A stretch of 64,000 bases of DNA from an uncultured Sphingobacteriaceae bacterium (GTDB lineage: Bacteria; Bacteroidota; Bacteroidia; Sphingobacteriales; Sphingobacteriaceae), in assembly GCA_964251965.1 (NCBI GenBank), contig CAXULQ010000005.1, positions 82,358-146,357 of the forward strand, written 5' to 3'. The notes below the pieces were generated by a model. The model made no database searches. It had not been told where the DNA came from and was given only the letters and a program-made list of their open reading frames with translations. Of the stretch, positions 61,614-64,000 are shown in pieces. Every line of letters starts with the position of its first letter. Positions within the stretch are counted from its first letter, which is position 1. A program made the position numbers and the translations under genes.

Positions 61614-64000
61614 TTAGTAAGACAGATTTGGACTTAACCAGCGCTCTACCTCGTCTAAAGGCATCTGCTTCCTTTGGGCATAATCTTCAACTTGATCTTT
61701 GGTTATCTTGCCTAAACCAAAATATTTAGATTGCGGGTGGGCGAAGTAAAAACCACTTACTGAGGAAGCAGGCATCATCGCCAGGCTTTCTGTCAAGTAC
61801 ATGCCTGTATTTTTTTCCGCATCAAGTAATTTGAATAAAGTCCATTTTTCGGTGTGATCCGGACAAGCTGGATAACCTGGCGCCGGACGAATGCCCTGAT
61901 ATTTCTCCTTGATCATGTCTTCGCTGCTCAAATGTTCGTCTTTGGCATAACCCCAATATTCGCGGCGGACTAATTCGTGCATTTTTTCGGCAAAAGCTTC
62001 TGCCAAACGATCTGCTAAAGCTTTGGCCATAATGCTGTTGTAATCGTCGTGGTCTGCCTCAAACTTGGCTACCAATTCATCACAACCTAAACCTGTGGTA
62101 ACAGCAAAACCGCCCCAGTAATCGGCAACGCCCGAAGTTTTTGGGGCGATAAAATCAGCAAGCGCATAATAAGGTTCGCCTTTGGGTTTTTCGGCTTGCT
62201 GGCGAAGTGTGTAAATCGTATCTAAAACTTTGGTACGGCTTTCATCCGTGTATAATTCAATATCATCGCCCACAGAATTGGCTGGCCAGAAACCGATTAC
62301 TGCGTTTGCCTGAAGCTGTTTTTGCGATACAATTTCTTTGAGCAAAACCTGTGCGTCATCAAACAGTTTTTTGGCTTCGGCTCCCACAAAAGTATCGCTG
62401 AATATCTTCGGATAACTGCCGCGCAATTCCCAAGTGTGAAAAAAAGGCGTCCAGTCGATGTACGGAAGCAAATCCTCCAGCGGATAATCTTTAATCGTTT
62501 TCGTGCCGAGGAAAGTTGGTTTTGGGGCGATATCACCGTCAACACTAAGCTGGAATTTTTGTGCCGATGCTTCTTTTACCGGCAAAAATTTCTTATCACT
62601 GCGTTTATTCAAATGTGCTTCGCGTGCTTTGGCATATTCTTCTTTGATGCCGCTGATGTATTCGCCGCGCTTTTCTTTGTTCATCAAACTGCTGCAAACG
62701 GTTACACTTCGCGAAGCATCCAAAACATGTATGGCTGCGCCGGAATAATTGGGGTCGATTTTAACCGCTGCGTGAATCCGCGAAGTTGTTGCGCCTCCTA
62801 CAATCAGCGGAATAGTTAAGCCTTCTCGCTCCATTTCTTTGGCAAAATGCACCATTTCATCCAGCGAAGGTGTAATCAATCCGCTTAAACCGATGATATC
62901 CACTTTTTGCTTTTTAGCTTCTTCCAAAATGCGTTGCGCGGGAACCATTACGCCGAGATCGATCACTTCAAAATTGTTGCAGGCCAAAACCACGCCCACG
63001 ATATTTTTGCCGATGTCGTGCACATCGCCCTTTACGGTAGCCATTAAAACTTTTCCGGCGTTAGCGCGGGAATCTGCTGCATCTCCTCCGGCAGCCAAGT
63101 TTCTTGCTTTTTCCGCTTCAATAAAAGGCAGCAAATAAGCAACCGCTTTTTTCATCACGCGGGCAGATTTTACAACCTGCGGCAAAAACATTTTCCCGGC
63201 ACCAAAAAGATCGCCGACTACGTTCATGCCGTCCATCAGCGGCCCTTCAATCACTTCCAGGGGTTTGTCGGCTTTCTGGCGCGCTTCTTCCACATCAGCA
63301 TCCAGATATTCAATGATGCCTTTTACCAAAGCGTGCGACAACCGTTTTTCAACCGGTTCTTTGCGCCATTCTTCATCGCGCACTACTTCTTTTCCCTTGC
63401 TTTTTATGGTATCGGCGAAAGTAACCAGCCGTTCTGTTGCATCTTCGCGGCGGTTCAGCAACACATCTTCCACCAGTTCCAGCAAATCTTTCGGGATCTG
63501 CTCGTAAACTTCCAGCATCCCGGCGTTTACAATACCCATATCCATTCCGGCTTGTATCGCATGATACAAAAACGCCGAGTGCATCGCTTCGCGTACCACA
63601 TTATTTCCCCGGAAGGAAAACGAAATATTACTCACGCCGCCGCTAACTTTGGCCATCGGCAGGTTTTGCTTGATCCAGCGCGTGGCGTTGATAAAATCTA
63701 CCGCATAATTATTATGCTCTTCCAAACCGGTGGCAACAGTTAAAATGTTAGGGTCGAAAATAATATCCTGCGGAGGAAAACCTAATTCATCAACCAAAAT
63801 ATCGTAGCTTCTTTTACATATCTCAATCCGGCGTTCGTAACTATCCGCCTGGCCGTTTTCATCAAAAGCCATTACCACGGTTGCCGCCCCGTAATTCATG
63901 ATTTTACGGGCGTATTCTTTAAACTTTTCTTCGCCTTCTTTCAGGGAGATGGAATTGACGATGCCTTTTCCCTGCAAACATTTCAATCCGGCTTCAATAA
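61614..64000 (-). CDS. metH: cobalamin-dependent methionine synthase, C-terminal about 795 aa (5-prime end outside window)
   Basis: Pterin-binding region [24 protein letters not shown]12-binding [10 protein letters not shown], and an AdoMet-activation domain. The frame stays open to the window edge. Confidence 0.93.
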   Translation of the reverse strand, partial: IEAGLKCLQGKGIVNSISLKEGEEKFKEYARKIMNYGAATVVMAFDENGQADSYERRIEICKRSYDILVDELGFPPQDIIFDPNILTVATGLEEHNNYAVDFINATRWIKQNLPMAKVSGGVSNISFSFRGNNVVREAMHSAFLYHAIQAGMDMGIVNAGMLEVYEQIPKDLLELVEDVLLNRREDATERLVTFADTIKSKGKEVVRDEEWRKEPVEKRLSHALVKGIIEYLDADVEEARQKADKPLEVIEGPLMDGMNVVGDLFGAGKMFLPQVVKSARVMKKAVAYLLPFIEAEKARNLAAGGDAADSRANAGKVLMATVKGDVHDIGKNIVGVVLACNNFEVIDLGVMVPAQRILEEAKKQKVDIIGLSGLITPSLDEMVHFAKEMEREGLTIPLIVGGATTSRIHAAVKIDPNYSGAAIHVLDASRSVTVCSSLMNKEKRGEYISGIKEEYAKAREAHLNKRSDKKFLPVKEASAQKFQLSVDGDIAPKPTFLGTKTIKDYPLEDLLPYIDWTPFFHTWELRGSYPKIFSDTFVGAEAKKLFDDAQVLLKEIVSQKQLQANAVIGFWPANSVGDDIELYTDESRTKVLDTIYTLRQQAEKPKGEPYYALADFIAPKTSGVADYWGGFAVTTGLGCDELVAKFEADHDDYNSIMAKALADRLAEAFAEKMHELVRREYWGYAKDEHLSSEDMIKEKYQGIRPAPGYPACPDHTEKWTLFKLLDAEKNTGMYLTESLAMMPASSVSGFYFAHPQSKYFGLGKITKDQVEDYAQRKQMPLDEVERWLSPNLSY

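Overview
This 64-kb chromosomal segment looks like a Bacteroidota (Sphingobacteriia/Flavobacteriia-type) genome. Evidence for that placement is a 2351-aa SprA (type IX secretion/gliding) gene, several TAnnTTTG -7 boxes, little Shine-Dalgarno signal, and roughly 40 percent GC by eye. I support about 67 protein genes. Almost all are housekeeping: glyA fragment, rlmN, dut, two tatA, gatA, maeB, ruvA, sprA, gcvH, feoAB, rpiB, tatC, accBC, fabH-plsX-rpmF, pdxA, rsmA, greA, ruvC, rnhB, gcvT, dtd, rsgA, thrABC, metF and a metH fragment. I saw no rRNA, tRNA, CRISPR array, transposase or integrase. Accessory content is limited to small AT-rich inserts: a mazEF-like pair, a vapBC-like pair, an orphan HicB/YefM-chimeric antitoxin, a DUF2975/HTH pair and one orphan ORF. 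The most interesting signals are at the DNA level. (1) An oriented oligomer, ATGCT(T/G)(C/T)TTTTA(T/C)C with phased T/A tracts, occurs about once per kb. It is found in both orientations, in spacers and inside unrelated genes, and as inverted pairs that form terminators, which resembles DNA uptake sequences. (2) A Thr/Ile-rich leader peptide with alternative antiterminator/terminator hairpins precedes thrABC. (3) A family of long hairpins built from 7-nt periodic units ends at the next gene's start codon. (4) A 113-bp element has 30-bp terminal inverted repeats. All motif counts are hand counts from reading the sequence and need computational confirmation.
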